Shown here piece after piece: positions 39,771 to 52,845 of a DNA stretch of 64,000 nucleotides. Positions within the stretch are counted from its first letter, which is position 1, and every line of letters starts with the position of its first letter. Origin of the DNA: Eledone cirrhosa (Eukaryota); NCBI GenBank assembly GCA_964016885.1, contig OZ024740.1, positions 426,250,001 to 426,314,000 on the forward strand, written 5' to 3'. Under the pieces are notes generated by a model. It saw only the letters and a program-made list of their open reading frames with translations, did not search any database and was not told where the DNA came from. The position numbers and the translations under genes were made by a program.

Positions 39771-40969
39771 TATATTGAAGTTTGAGAATCTGCTTACTGC
39801 AACTTATTACTGGAACAGGTAGAATAGGAATACCAATGTCCACGGTTGGATTTAGACACTGGGGGTACGGGGCACTTCGGGGATTTTTATGGGGGGGGGG
39901 GGGCGTTTACTCATACACAAACAATTCGAATACACAGCAAACCCTCCAATATTACCTATCAATGTTCAATTGACGCAATTTATTGGAATTGAAACGTTAT
40001 ACATACCGGTATTAAATTAAAAGAAATTCTAACCATCTTAGAACTAAAAGTCCCAACTGAGGGGACAAATAAATTGCTACGTCCGTCGCTGGTGGGACCC
40101 ATCACAGCAGGGGATCCGGAGCCATTGCCGCCTTTGCCCCCACCCCTTATTAAATATGGCCCTGGCCATGTGGAGTTCTCTCCGTGTACTTGGACCATGG
40201 TATTCGGAATCCAACCAAATATTTTCTTCTCATTATGAATGTTTCTAATCCGTCTCTCCTAATAATGTTAGACATACCCAGGGAGACTCCTTTCTTTAAT
40301 TAATAATACATTTTAGTAGCGAAGCACAAACATATTACAACTAACATAGAAATCTAGCAGTGCACCAACAAGGAAATGATACATTTCATGCACTTTAATT
40401 TTTATCATGATTATCTCATATATAACTATATTATCACACACCATTATCGAAGCAGGACTTACGAAATAAGCCTATAATTTGTTAGATAGAAGGAATTAAA
40501 TTCTAAGTTAATTAAGCTTTCAGTTATAATTACCGTTTAAATCTATTGTCTTATATTACAATGCTATAGAGGGGATTTTGGAGGACTCAGTTTTGTAACT
40601 TTCTTATGCCTGTTACTAATATTAATGGGATGAGAGCCTGTTGGCGCCTGTTCACTCCTCCACCACATCCCTGTATTGACCATTATATGCTGGCTTCACC
40701 AGTGAAATTTATTAGAATATTGATATAAATTAATTTATATTTGTTTCGTTTTACTTATTATCTAATGCGTCATACTGTAGTCTGAAGAATTAATAGCGCC
40801 TTAATCAAATTGTATTGCGGTATTTAGTCACGTAATGTTACCCCCCTTTGTTAGACTTCCAATTCTTTTTACCTACATCCACAGAATACATATTAACTGA
40901 CTACAGAAATCAATCTCACCTACTATATATATATATATATTTATACACACACACACACACACACATATC

Positions 40970-41035
<66 letters not shown>

Positions 41036-41108
41036 CATACACACACACACTCACACACATATATCATAAACATTGATTGCCAAATAAATTAACTATGGAG
41101 ATATAAAT

Positions 41109-41195
41109 GATACAGAAGCGAAAACCAAACAAACAGTGAGTGTGTTCTGTTATTATTTCTGTTATTATTACACAATATGACCCTCCCCAAGTATA
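41109..41195 (-). repeat. TATACTTGGGGAGGGTCAT family terminus, inverted copy
   Basis: Reverse complement of 33728-33818 with a small deletion. Confidence 0.8.
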
Positions 41196-41251
41196 AATAT
41201 ATATATATATAGATACATACATACACACACACATACACACACATACAAACG

Positions 41252-41318
<67 letters not shown>

Positions 41319-41515
41319 CCGTTATGTAGAGAACAAATCTGTTGTTCTATTTAGCTGCTATTTTTTTTAGTAGTAATTATAGACAGCAAGTCTATGGTTT
41401 TCCCGCTTTTACTTCGGTCCGGTTTACATACGGGTCACTTTTACGACCTTTCAGACCTGGTAGGAGGTCATATATTTTATCGTTCCTGGGTCGTTTAGCC
41501 CTAGGAAAGGAAAAT

Positions 41516-41597
41516 GCTTCTCTGATGAGCCTTGGTTTTCCATCAGATATCCATTGGATTCTGGGGTTTTACAAAACGAAACTGATCAGTAAGGGCC
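41516..41597 (+). ncRNA. Hammerhead-like motif with a long, poorly paired stem II
   Basis: GCTTCT-CTGATGA-G...C-GAA-ACTGATCAGT-A-AGGGC: canonical core, palindromic stem III and a GUA site. Stem I depends on G-U pairs. Confidence 0.55.
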
Positions 41598-41798
41598 ATT
41601 AGAAGAGGTAAATATTTATATTATATTTTTTTATTTATTTTGAAAAATTGGTTGAATTTTACTTGTTCTGCTTATCTTAATATATACCCCCCACTCTCCT
41701 GAGCGTGAAATTAATAAACATTTATTGTACTGCCTCTCTGTTTTGTCCCTGTTCAAATTTTTCCATTATATGTATATGTATATATATATCGTAGCGGC

Positions 41799-41832
<34 letters not shown>

Positions 41833-42099
41833 TGTAGAAGTATTTTAGCAGAAGGGTAATAATACCTTTAATTACTTCTTATTTCTGGCAATATTATTAC
41901 AACAATATGACCCTCCCCAAGTATAAAAATATATATACAGTCAGTAGGCACCTCTAACAAAATACACCCCCGTCCCACTACCCCCACCCCAACCACACCA
42001 CCCCCTTAAATGTGAAGTTATGTTGGTACCACAACATCCAGTCCGAAACAAATGAGGACGTGTAGGTGTCACGACAAAAAAACACACAGTCCACGCTGT

Positions 42100-42318
42100 A
42101 ATGTGGCCCTGTAGGTAACACGGTAAAAACCTCCCAGTCCCACACTGTAAACGCGGTTGGTGTTAGGAAGGGCATCCAGCCGTAGAAAACCCGCCAGACA
42201 GTTCTATTCGAGCAGGACAACAAATCTTGCCTCAAGTGGGAAAACTCCCGTCCAAACCCATGCAAGCGTGGAAGACGGACGTTAAACGATGAGGATGATG
42301 ATGATGATGATGATGATG
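42100..42318 (+). mobile_element. SINE-like repeat 3' part ending in (GAT)n
   Basis: GTTAGGAAGGGCATCCAGCCGTAGAAAA...CCATGCAAGCGTGGAAGACGGACGTTAAACGATGAGGATGATGAT. Recalled as a common octopus retroposon tail; not verified. Confidence 0.5.
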
Positions 42319-42355
42319 ACATACATACACACACATACACACATATATACACACA

Positions 42356-42472
<117 letters not shown>

Positions 42473-42516
42473 GTATATATATATGTATATATGTATATAT
42501 ATATATATATATAAAT

Positions 42517-42619
42517 CAAGAAAGAAGATTGACATGGTTTGCTATACAAAATAGGTTTTTAATCTCTTTTAGATTAAAAACCTTTTTTGTATAGCAAACC
42601 ATGTCAATCTTCTTTCTTG
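42517..42619. repeat. Long hairpin: 49-bp arms, 5-nt loop, 1 mismatch
   Basis: CAAGAAAGAAGATTGACATGGTTTGCTATACAAAATAGGTTTTTAATCT-CTTTT-AGATTAAAAACCTTTTTTGTATAGCAAACCATGTCAATCTTCTTTCTTG. Confidence 0.95.
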
Positions 42620-42799
42620 TTACTCCAAGTGTTTACAACATAGGAATTACAGCATACTCGCAACATCACTATGAAAACGCCTTGTTGAGTCAAACCAAGC
42701 CTAGCGTTGATATCATCCACTACCCGGAATACCATAACTGGACTACTCCTAAGTGGACTGCATATAACTATTATTTGTTACCCCGTATATATATATATA

Positions 42800-43549
42800 T
42801 ATATAACAACTAGAAATTGATTAACATATAAATAAACATATGAAACAATCACAGGGGAGAATTTTTACAAGTGTGTAAGCACACATAGCTAGGTAGGTAA
42901 CTAAATAAAGTTAATTAGAACTTCAAAAATAGATACCTCATAATATGATTAATCTTCCCTGTATATATTCCATCAAAGAAATATATTTCACCAATTAATC
43001 GAATGGTAAACCACGGAGGCCGATACCTGGATTTTCAACAAGGAAGAAGTCCAGCCATCTGTGTTTACGCATTAAGTTCAAATCAGCGACTGGCCAGTAA
43101 CACGTGCTGTATCTACTAAAAATACACACATCATACCAGCTTCGTCCCAGTGGCGTGAATAGGGTTATCGACAACTAGAAACAGCAGTCAAGTCCTTTCA
43201 ACAGAGTTAGCTCTACAATTAAGGAGCCGTATTTATATATCTATATCCAAAATTAAGATAAATCAAAGTGAATTTCATCTAAATAAAAATTATGGGTGGC
43301 ATGCGCCATATCACCCGTAAAATAAGCTCCAAGATTCTAATGAATAGGTCCGAGCATTTTATAACAACTACAAAATGATTAACATATAAATAAACATTTG
43401 AAACAATCGCAGGGGATAATTTTTATAAGTGTGTAAGCACACATACCTAGGTATGTGTGGTTATTTTACGGGTGATATGGCGCATGCCTTTCTGGCATGA
43501 CACCCATAATTTTGATTTAGATTAAATTCACTTTGATTTATCTTAATTT

Positions 43550-43555
<6 letters not shown>
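42800..43555. mobile_element. Element with interleaved direct and inverted repeats (A..B..A'..B-rc)
   Basis: Direct repeat ~42802-42895 / ~43361-43454. Inverted repeat ~43240-43325 / ~43461-43555. Bounded by (TA)n. Confidence 0.65.
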
Positions 43556-43621
<66 letters not shown>

Positions 43622-43814
43622 TATATATATATATATATTGTAGAAGTATTTTAGCAGAAAGAGGGTAATAATACCTTTAATTACTTCGAAATTAATCTAA
43701 ATGAAATTATTATTTTTAAACGATATCGCGGCCGTAATCCATACTTGATATTAACTTTGTATGATTAATAAATATATAAACAAACCTTTATTTTATCTGT
43801 GGAGGACTTAGTGC

Positions 43815-44537
43815 ACTATATATGGCTTCCATACTATATATGGCTTCCATACTATATATGACTTCCATGCTATATATGACTTCCATGCTATATATGACTT
43901 CCATACTATATATGACTTCCATACTATATATGACTTCCATGCTATATATGACTTCCATACTATATATGACTTCCATACTATATATGACTTCCATACTATA
44001 TATGGCTTCCATACTATATATGACTTCCATACTATATATGACTTCCATACTATATATGGCTTCCATACTATATATGACTTCCATACTATATATGACTTCC
44101 ATACTATATATGGCTTCCATACTATATATGACTTCCATACTATATATGACTTCCATACTATATATGACTTCCATACTATATATGGCTTCCATACTATATA
44201 TGACTTCCATACTATATATGGCTTCCATACTATATATGACTTCCATACTATATATGACTTCCATACTATATATGACTTGCATACTATATATGACTTCCAT
44301 ACTATATATGGCTTCCATACTATATATGGCTTCCATACTATATATGACTTCCTTACTATATATGACTTCCATGCTATATATGACTTCCATACTATATATG
44401 ACTTCCATACTATATATGACTTCCATACTATATATGACTTCCATACTATATATGCCTTCCATACTATATATGACTTCCATACTATATATGACTTCCATAC
44501 TATATATGACTTCCATACTATATATGGCTTCCATACT
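43815..44537. repeat. 18-bp minisatellite, ~40 copies
   Basis: Unit ACTATATATG(A/G)CTTCCAT. Confidence 0.96.
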
Positions 44538-44784
44538 AATCATATTGTCTCAATATTTTAATCGTCAATAATATATTACATATTACATATTTACCTCATA
44601 TAATTGATTTCATCTGAACTTAATAATTATTATAATACATATTTTGTTACATTTTAAATCTGAATTTTTAAATTCTATAATAATACACTAAAATATTTTC
44701 TTCTCACAGTTTGAAAATTAGATTGAGCAAAACTTCGAAGTCCCAGTCACAATTTGGTTATATATACATGTGTGAGTTTGGTTG

Positions 44785-44915
44785 CGAATTAGAAGAATCT
44801 TTAGAAAGTCGGATAGAATGCTTTGTGATATTCATTCCGGCTCTCCTCTCTCTGATCAAATCCTGCCATCATCAACTTTGTCCTTCTTCATTTCGAGGTC
44901 AATAAAAATAAGTCC
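44785..44915 (+). mobile_element. Decayed SINE
   Basis: CTGATCAAATCCTGCCATCATCAACTTTGTCCTTCTTCATTTCGAGGTCAATAAAAATAAGT resembles the SINE core at 34760-34830. Confidence 0.5.
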
Positions 44916-45299
44916 GAGTCACTTATTGGAGTCGATTCTTCTTCTATATCTCTTTCTCACTTTCTATTTTTCTCTGGACGAAATCTGCTGTACTCAGGCC
45001 TGGAGAGGGGTGGGCTCCACCAGGTTTGACATGTCCCCCAAAACGCCGTATGTCAATACGGCGCTACTACGATTCCATCAGGAGTTACGGGACTCAAAAG
45101 AAAAAGAGATAGGTGTGTGTGTGGGGGACAGTGTGAGTATATTTCCGACTTAAGATAGGTGTGATATACAGGACAGGATACTAACTGGTCAGCCTGAGAA
45201 TATTGAAAGAGCTTACCATAGTGAAGTTGTTGAAAGGGAAAGGTTGGGAACTGACAACTTCGCTCTTATCTTCAGCGCCTAGTCAGATGTTCCACATAA

Positions 45300-46445
45300 T
45301 GCTACTCTCCAATCGAATCTGACATAAATGTTCTTAAAACGAAGTTCATGGTCGAGGTACAGAGACATCTCTATAGGTGGATAAGCAGTTGAATGCGTTG
45401 AAAACCTTGTATACCTCAATAGCAATATGTCTTTCAACGGTAGGGCATCTGACTGATAAAATGACAAGTCAGTCAATCATATCAGTGGCCTCCGCACAGC
45501 CCCGGCGGACAGAAGGGAGAAGGCGTTTCCCCGGAGGACGGCAAGGGAGACGCGCGGGAAAAGCAATTTCAGCTCGCGAGGCTCACGCCTGCAGCTGGCC
45601 AGCTCAGCGCCTATGGAGGTGAGTAGGGAGGTAGCCCTAAGGCTGGAGACACCAGAAGTCTCCACTTCCAAGGGTACAACCGCAAACCTGCCGGAGAGCA
45701 ACCGGTATTTGAAAAAAGAGTAGCGTCAATAAAGTTATGGACAATGTGAGTCTGGCATGGCTTCCATTGAGAAGAAACACCAAGAAGCTCAAGAAATCTG
45801 CCTATATTGTTCTGTACACATCCGTGGAAGTGCCAATCTATACTAACTACAGCAAGAGATGTACGGTTTGTCGCACACCTTGCTTACAGCTTGAGTCCTC
45901 CTGCTTTAAAAAAGAAAACACTTTATAAGTTTAATTGGTAAAGCTGAATAACACATCTGGAAGTCTTTAACCTGAAATCATCAACGTGAGAATAACATTA
46001 GCCAAATTAAAGTTGCGTTAGACAGGATAAGTTGTCAGGATGTCTGAGAACAGACAACCTGATATCACCTTTTATGGTGAGCTTACATATGAAGCCAGAA
46101 TGCAAGGTGGGCAGAAAGAATTACTCAAAGATTAACAGACCCTGAAACACTGCAATATTCTATTACCAATTAGGAGGATGCAGCAAAAGATCGCCCTGGA
46201 AAGCGTTCTCATTCTACACAGTATCATTCTGATCTATCTATGATTCATTCAGAATAATTCACTGCGAGCAGAGTAAGGCGCGTGGCTCGGGAACAGCATT
46301 GACGTCCGTCTGGTCCTACAGCACAGCCCGTCTACAATATCTACGGTGGAATCTGTGTCTCCTGTATATGACATCTCACCGAATTCATCGCAGTCTACAA
46401 CAAACAAGAACGTCCTCGTTGATTTCGAGGGAATACGAAGCAAAA
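45300..46445 (+). mobile_element. Degenerate RTE LINE, 3' portion (interrupted at ~45490-45705)
   Basis: Broken translations KTKFM..., and LR*TG*VVRMSENRQPDITFYGELTYEARMQGGQK... match the RTE motif LRW.GHV.RM...R.P...FYGEL...R..GGQ. Ends with RTSSLISRE. Confidence 0.75.
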
Positions 46446-47042
46446 GTGTGTGTGTTTGTGTTTTTGTTTGTGTGTTTTTGTATCTTTGTGTATGTTTTTC
46501 TTTGTGTGTTTGTGTGTGATTATGTTTGTGTTTGTGTGTGTGAGTGTGCGTGTGTGAGTGTGAATATGTGTGTGTCTGTGTGTGAGTGTGTGAGTGTGAG
46601 TGCGTATGTGTGTGTCTATGTGTTAGTGTGATTATGTGTGTGTTTGTGTCTATGTGTGAGTGTAAGTATGTGTGTGTTTATGTGTGTGTGTGGGGGGGGG
46701 TGAGAGAGAGAGAGAGAGAGAGAGTGTGTTTGTGTGTTGTGTTTCAATATATACACAAATATATGCAACTAAACCCAGACCAGACATATATACACCATTC
46801 TATATTGTATATATGTATAGGTCCCGTGAGGCAGCTTAACAACACAAGATATAAAAGCTTCGCCTGATATTTATGAAGAAGAAAATGCAAATTTCTCAGA
46901 CGGAGCATACCTTTAGTCTAATCGTAAAAGCTATGTCTAATACATATGAAATAGAATTCAAGCAATCATTCAGAATTATTACAACAATAACAAAACAATA
47001 ATAATAAAACAATAATAATAAAACAACAACAACAACAACAAC

Positions 47043-47082
<40 letters not shown>

Positions 47083-47412
47083 CATTCTTTATTAACCACA
47101 AGGGTTGACATCAAGTATAACATTAAGGACAATAAGGACAAAACAGGACAATACAGGACGGTACAAATGGGCATTTATGCGTGTAAAAAACCCCACAGAA
47201 ATAGAAGATGGAACAAAAAAATAAATAATGAAAAATTCGCTAAAAGGGTGTTGGGGAGACTTCCGAGAGACATTCGTGGAGAGAGCCCATTAAAAAGCCG
47301 CGGTGACCCTGACCATCAGGACAAGTGCCCTCTCCCAGTTTTCCACCTTCAATTTACAGGCGCATACTCAGAGTAGACCCATTCACTTGGGCTATGCTTG
47401 CCTCTCTCACAC
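47083..47412 (-). mobile_element. Tx1/L1-clade LINE extreme 3' fragment
   Basis: Minus translation CVREASIAQVNGSTLSMRL* parallels WVNVAKMARVVGLSVYISL* of the element at 49492-52210. The tail CTTGTGGTTAATAAAGAA matches CCTGTGGCTAATAAAGAA. Confidence 0.65.
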
Positions 47413-47424
47413 ATCTTTCAAAAT

Positions 47425-47607
47425 AATAATTGTTTCTACGTTTGGCACAAGGCAAGCAATTACTCAGTGCATTACTGGTACTCTATTTTATCGACCCCGC
47501 AAGGATGAAAGGCAAAGTTAACCTCGGCGGGATTTGAACTCATAATGGAAAGGGCCGTAACTCTATGCGTCAAAGCATGGCGCCCGACCCTTTACCGATA
47601 CTGCCAA
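47425..47607 (-). mobile_element. tRNA-derived SINE
   Basis: Reverse complement of the family at 34575-35075 (TTTATCGACCCC...GGATGAAAGGCAAAGTTAACCTCGGCGGGATTTGAACTC). Confidence 0.75.
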
Positions 47608-48000
47608 TATAATAATAATAATAATAATAATAACAATAAAAGCAATAATAATAAAAATGATATAGATGATGATGATGTTGATGATGTAAGTGAAATATGG
47701 AGATGATGATGATGGTGATGGTTAATATGAGGATGATCATGATATGTAATGAAGGCGATGGTGATGGTGATAATGATGATGGGGAAGATGATAATAGTAT
47801 TACAAACATTAAAAATAATATTAATCCCACATTTTGTAATAGGGCAATAAATAAAAAAAATGATGTCGCATAACAAGGAAGGGGTGAGTTAGGAAAAAAA
47901 TATGATATGGTTAGGAAAGGTAGAAGAAAAAAGTTTTATCCCTCCAGGAAAAGTCAGACTATAAAAAGAAAAGTTGTGGATGCATAAGTGATTGAAAAGC

Positions 48001-48540
<540 letters not shown>

Positions 48541-48944
48541 CTACAATATATTATATTGCCTTGCATTACATGATATAATATTGTATACTGCAAGGTATGT
48601 ATATTTATGTTTAAGAAGGATATTCAACGACCCCGGGGGGGGCAATTGTTGCCAACAAAAAATCATTAAACAACCAAAAAGAAGTCCTAAACAAGTAACA
48701 ACTGCAAGTGTCACTAAAATGGTAGCATTTCAGTTTTCTTTACCAGTTTTTTCTTTCTTGGCATATGAATGAAATATAAATAATAACTGGAATGATAATA
48801 ACGATAATAATAATGATAAAAATAATAACACTTGCTACAACTACTCCTAATTTTACTAATAGTGTCACTGATAATATTAATAATAAAATAATAATTTTAA
48901 TAAATATAAGCAATAACGGATACTCTTCTTCTTCTTCTTCTTCT

Positions 48945-48981
<37 letters not shown>

Positions 48982-49000
48982 GGTGGTGGTGGTGGTAGTG

Positions 49001-49037
<37 letters not shown>

Positions 49038-49079
49038 CAGCAGTAGTAGCAGCAACCGCAGCAGCAGTAGTAGTAGTCT

Positions 49080-49111
<32 letters not shown>

Positions 49112-49399
49112 ACAACAAACATAACACAGCAGCCATATAGAAGACATCGCCGGCAGAGAAGATAATAACAAAGATGACGGTGATGACAACAAGATTTACG
49201 AAAACATGATATTTCGTTAAGGCAAATTTCATTTTATGACGCAAAAATATATTGGACCGTCTTGAGAATACTTCACTGTGGCCAGTCGAAGTTGGAGTTC
49301 ATGTAGAACTATATATCAATTTTTTAACCGTTTTTTCCCCAGCCTGGCTGTATATAAACTTATGCATTAATATATCCGTGAATATATCTATATATTTAG

Positions 49400-49455
<56 letters not shown>

Positions 49456-49456
49456 A

Positions 49457-49491
<35 letters not shown>

Positions 49492-49492
<1 letters not shown>

Positions 49493-52210
49493 GGATAAGG
49501 AACTGGTAGATAAAGTAGAAGAGGCACTTAGGGTGGCAACGTAGCCAGCGTGCTAGCGACGAGCACGGCCTTGGACTAATTCTTCGACGCAAAGCATGAA
49601 GGCTGCGTTGTCAGAAGCAAAATACGTGCTCTGGGAATCGAGGGAGCCAAAGCTGTTAGCTGGGCCCGAGTGACGGAGGCGAAAAGTGGCAACAAGTGCA
49701 CGATTCGGTCTTTGAAGGACCAAGACGGACGCGTGATACGTGAGCCGAAGCAGATGTGCGCGGCCTTTCTGCGGCACTTTGCTCAGCTGTTCGGGCAGGG
49801 CGGCGCGCAGAGAGGGGCTATGGATTTCGGTCCATAACTCGACGGCCTACCGCGACTCTCTGACAACGAGGCGAAGTTTTGCGAAAGGCCGATTTCGGCC
49901 GCTGAGATTGGGGCCGCGCTGAGCCAATGCGGCAAACGAAAATCTCCAGGTCTCGACGGTCTACCCTACGAATTTTACGTAGCAATGCCGGACTCCCGGA
50001 AGCGGTCTACTGCAACTGGCAGCAGAACGGGAGAATTCCCAGTTCTGTGACCAAGGGTGTAGTCACGTTAGTCAGGAAGGACGAGAATAAGGGGGATGAC
50101 ATAGGCAACTTCCGGCCCATAACTCTGCTAAACACATAGTTACAAGTTTTGGCCAAGGTGTTGGCAAAGAGGCTTGTCGTCGAAATCCTGGTGGGAAAAG
50201 CGCAGACATGCGCAATCCGGACCAGGTCCATACACGACAACTTCCACCTCATGCGATACATCATAGAGAGGGTAGGGTGTAAACCCGGCTTCGGTGGGGC
50301 CCTGATCAACTTGGATCAGTCTAAGGCTTTCGATAGGGTTGACCCTCGTTACCTGGATGCGGTGCTCGAGGCGGCAGGCTTCGGACCCGTGTTCAGGGGC
50401 TGGATTGCTGCAATGCACAGCAGCAACATCTGCTCAAGGGTCAAGGTGAACGGCTACCTCTCGGAGCCGTTCCATATCACGCGATCCATGCGACGGGGAT
50501 GCCCTCTCTCATTCCTTCTGTACGTCCTGACTCTCGAGCCACTACTGCGGAAGTTGGGGCTATTTCAGGGGATCCCTTTGGAACCGGGACTGCGAAAAAC
50601 GGCGTCGGCCTACGCCGACGACTTGACAGTAATGGTGTCAATCACCTCGCAAATCGGGGAAGTCGGCACCTTACTGGAGGAATACGAAAAGTTCACAGGA
50701 GCGAAGCTGAAGCGGGACAAATCCGTCGGTTTGAAACTCGGAACATGGAGAGGCAAACCGATGCCTTCCAATGGCGTCGTCGGACGCTGGACGGAAGGAC
50801 CGGTAAATCTGCTCGGGGTCTGGTTTGGTCCGGACCTCCAGGTGAAGAAGAACTGGAACGAGGTGTTTGCGCTCACCCAGAAGTGAGCCGAGTGCAAACT
50901 ATCCTTGAAAGGTCGAGCGGAGGTAGCGAACACTTTTATAGCGTCCGTCATCTACTACCGCTTGACCGTCGTGCTTTGTCCAGCCAAAACGCTCACCAAA
51001 ATGGAGCGCGCGCTCTTCCAATTCCTTTGGAAGAAACGGGCTCCATTGGTGAGAAGATCCATCTGCTGCCAACACCCTTCAAACGGAGGGCTGGGGGTGC
51101 CGTGGATGACGATGCGCAAACACGCGCTCAGGCTGCGGCACCTCCACGTATTCCTCACCGAACAACCGGTGTGGGCCCCGTTCGTGAGGCGAGCCTTCTC
51201 ACGACTCGTCTCGCTGACCGAGTTGCAGTCCTGGGACAAGCTTACCGAGGAAAATGGGCGACTGGCACATCGAATGTGCTCAGGCGCTACAGTCCTCTGG
51301 CAAACGGACCCGGCCATCAGTGGAGACTCCACTTCGACATTCTATAGAGGGTTGGTCCGCAGCAAGTACGACGACGCGCTCGGAGAAACTCTATGCGTAG
51401 AGGAGGACGAACTGGCCAGTCTGTTCGGTAGGACCGTCAGCCCGGGACCAATAAACAACTTCCAAAAGTCCCTGGCTTGGCAGTGCTACCGAGGACTCTA
51501 CCAGTTCGAGACAAGCTCTACAGACACGGGCGCCCGGGCAGGGACCCTTCGAAAAAGATCTGTCCGAAGATGCGTGCACGACGAGGAAACCGTCGCGCAC
51601 GCATTTGTATACTGCCCGGGCGTTACCGACCTGTGGGGCTATGTATAACGACTATTGTCGCGGGTGGGACCAATCCAGTTGACCACCGAGTCCATTGTCA
51701 TGATCAAATCGCCACCATCCTTCAAAAACGAGGGAGAGGCGGTTTCCCTATGTGTTATGGTTATGGTGAAAGAGGTTATATGGTGGACGAGGTTAAAAGG
51801 GCTGAGGTCAGACACCTTTCTCTCCGGCCAGCAACTGATTCGTTTTTTCAAATATCATTTTGGAAGAAGAATCAGGATGGAGAGAGAGGTGCTGTACCCC
51901 AGCAAGTTTTATAAAAGGTGGGTGAATGTGGCAAAGATGGCCCGAGTGGTTGGGCTTTCTGTCTATATAAGCCTGTAGGTTGAGGAGAAAGAGGAAGAGA
52001 GGAAGGGAGTACTCACTCTTGGTGCTCCTGGAGATGAGGGTTGTACATTTTTTCGGGGTGTGTACAACCCCTGTGTAACACCTCCCCCCTATTGGGGATA
52101 TCAATTTTTATTTGTTATTTTATTAATAGTTTTATTTTCATATACCTGCATGTAAACTCCCCATTTGTATGTGTCCACTTCTTTTGTGCCCCTGTGGCTA
52201 ATAAAGAAAT
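49492..52210 (+). mobile_element. 5'-truncated Tx1/L1-clade LINE (disrupted ORF2: reverse transcriptase plus C-terminal zinc knuckle)
   Basis: KSPGLDGLPYEF, NFRPITLLN, LDQSKAFDRV, RRGCPLS, AYADD, GGLGVP and RC...EETVAHAFVYCP motifs lie across several frames with stops and frameshifts. 3' end is AATAAAGAAA. Flanked by (TATC)n on both sides. Confidence 0.92.
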
Positions 52211-52324
52211 TTATCTATCTATCTATCTATCTGTCTATATACCGATCTATATCTCTCACTCTTTCTTTCATATATATATACATATATATATATATTATAT
52301 ATATATATTATATATATATATATG

Positions 52325-52404
<80 letters not shown>

Positions 52405-52499
52405 TATTTAATATATATATATATATATGTATATATATATGACAGAAAGAGTGAGAGATATAGATCGGTATATAGACAGATAGATAGATAGATAGATAA

Positions 52500-52501
<2 letters not shown>
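52209..52501. repeat. ~62-bp inverted repeat enclosing a (TA)n tract
   Basis: ATTTATCTATC...ACCGATCTATATCTCTCACTCTTTCT versus AGAAAGAGTGAGAGATATAGATCGGT...GATAGATAAAT. Confidence 0.9.
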
Positions 52502-52537
<36 letters not shown>

Positions 52538-52749
52538 GTCTGATGGTAGCTAAGATGCTTCCATAGGCGGTATGCCGGTTGAGCACTCTATGCTCTTACA
52601 GAGTATGATAGAATAGAAAACGAAAAATCAGTGATGCATCTGAACTCAATTTATTGTGTGTTACAATTGTTTCACCGGCGGAGAGCTGGAGACGCGATCA
52701 TTGTGTGGATCTGCCTGATCCTGGACCCGCAGGTTCGGTGGACACGTCT

Positions 52750-52797
52750 AATGATTTCGGAGCATATTCTCTCCGGAGAATATGCTCCGAAATCATT
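52750..52797. other. Perfect 22-bp hairpin with a c(UCCG)g tetraloop
   Basis: AATGATTTCGGAGCATATTCTC-TCCG-GAGAATATGCTCCGAAATCATT. Confidence 0.9.
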
Positions 52798-52845
52798 TCG
52801 ATTATACTTGAATTATATGGTGAAGAAATATTTACTGATGATAAA

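Noticed and set aside
43788-44571. 250-aa ORFs (MEVIYS)n / (MTSILY)n
   Set aside because: Translations of an 18-bp minisatellite that is open on both strands.
46250-46445. Apparent host exon
   Set aside because: Contiguous with, and explained by, the RTE 3' end.
50149-51978. Functional reverse transcriptase gene
   Set aside because: ORF2 is split by stops and frameshifts and lacks the endonuclease, so it is a dead LINE copy.
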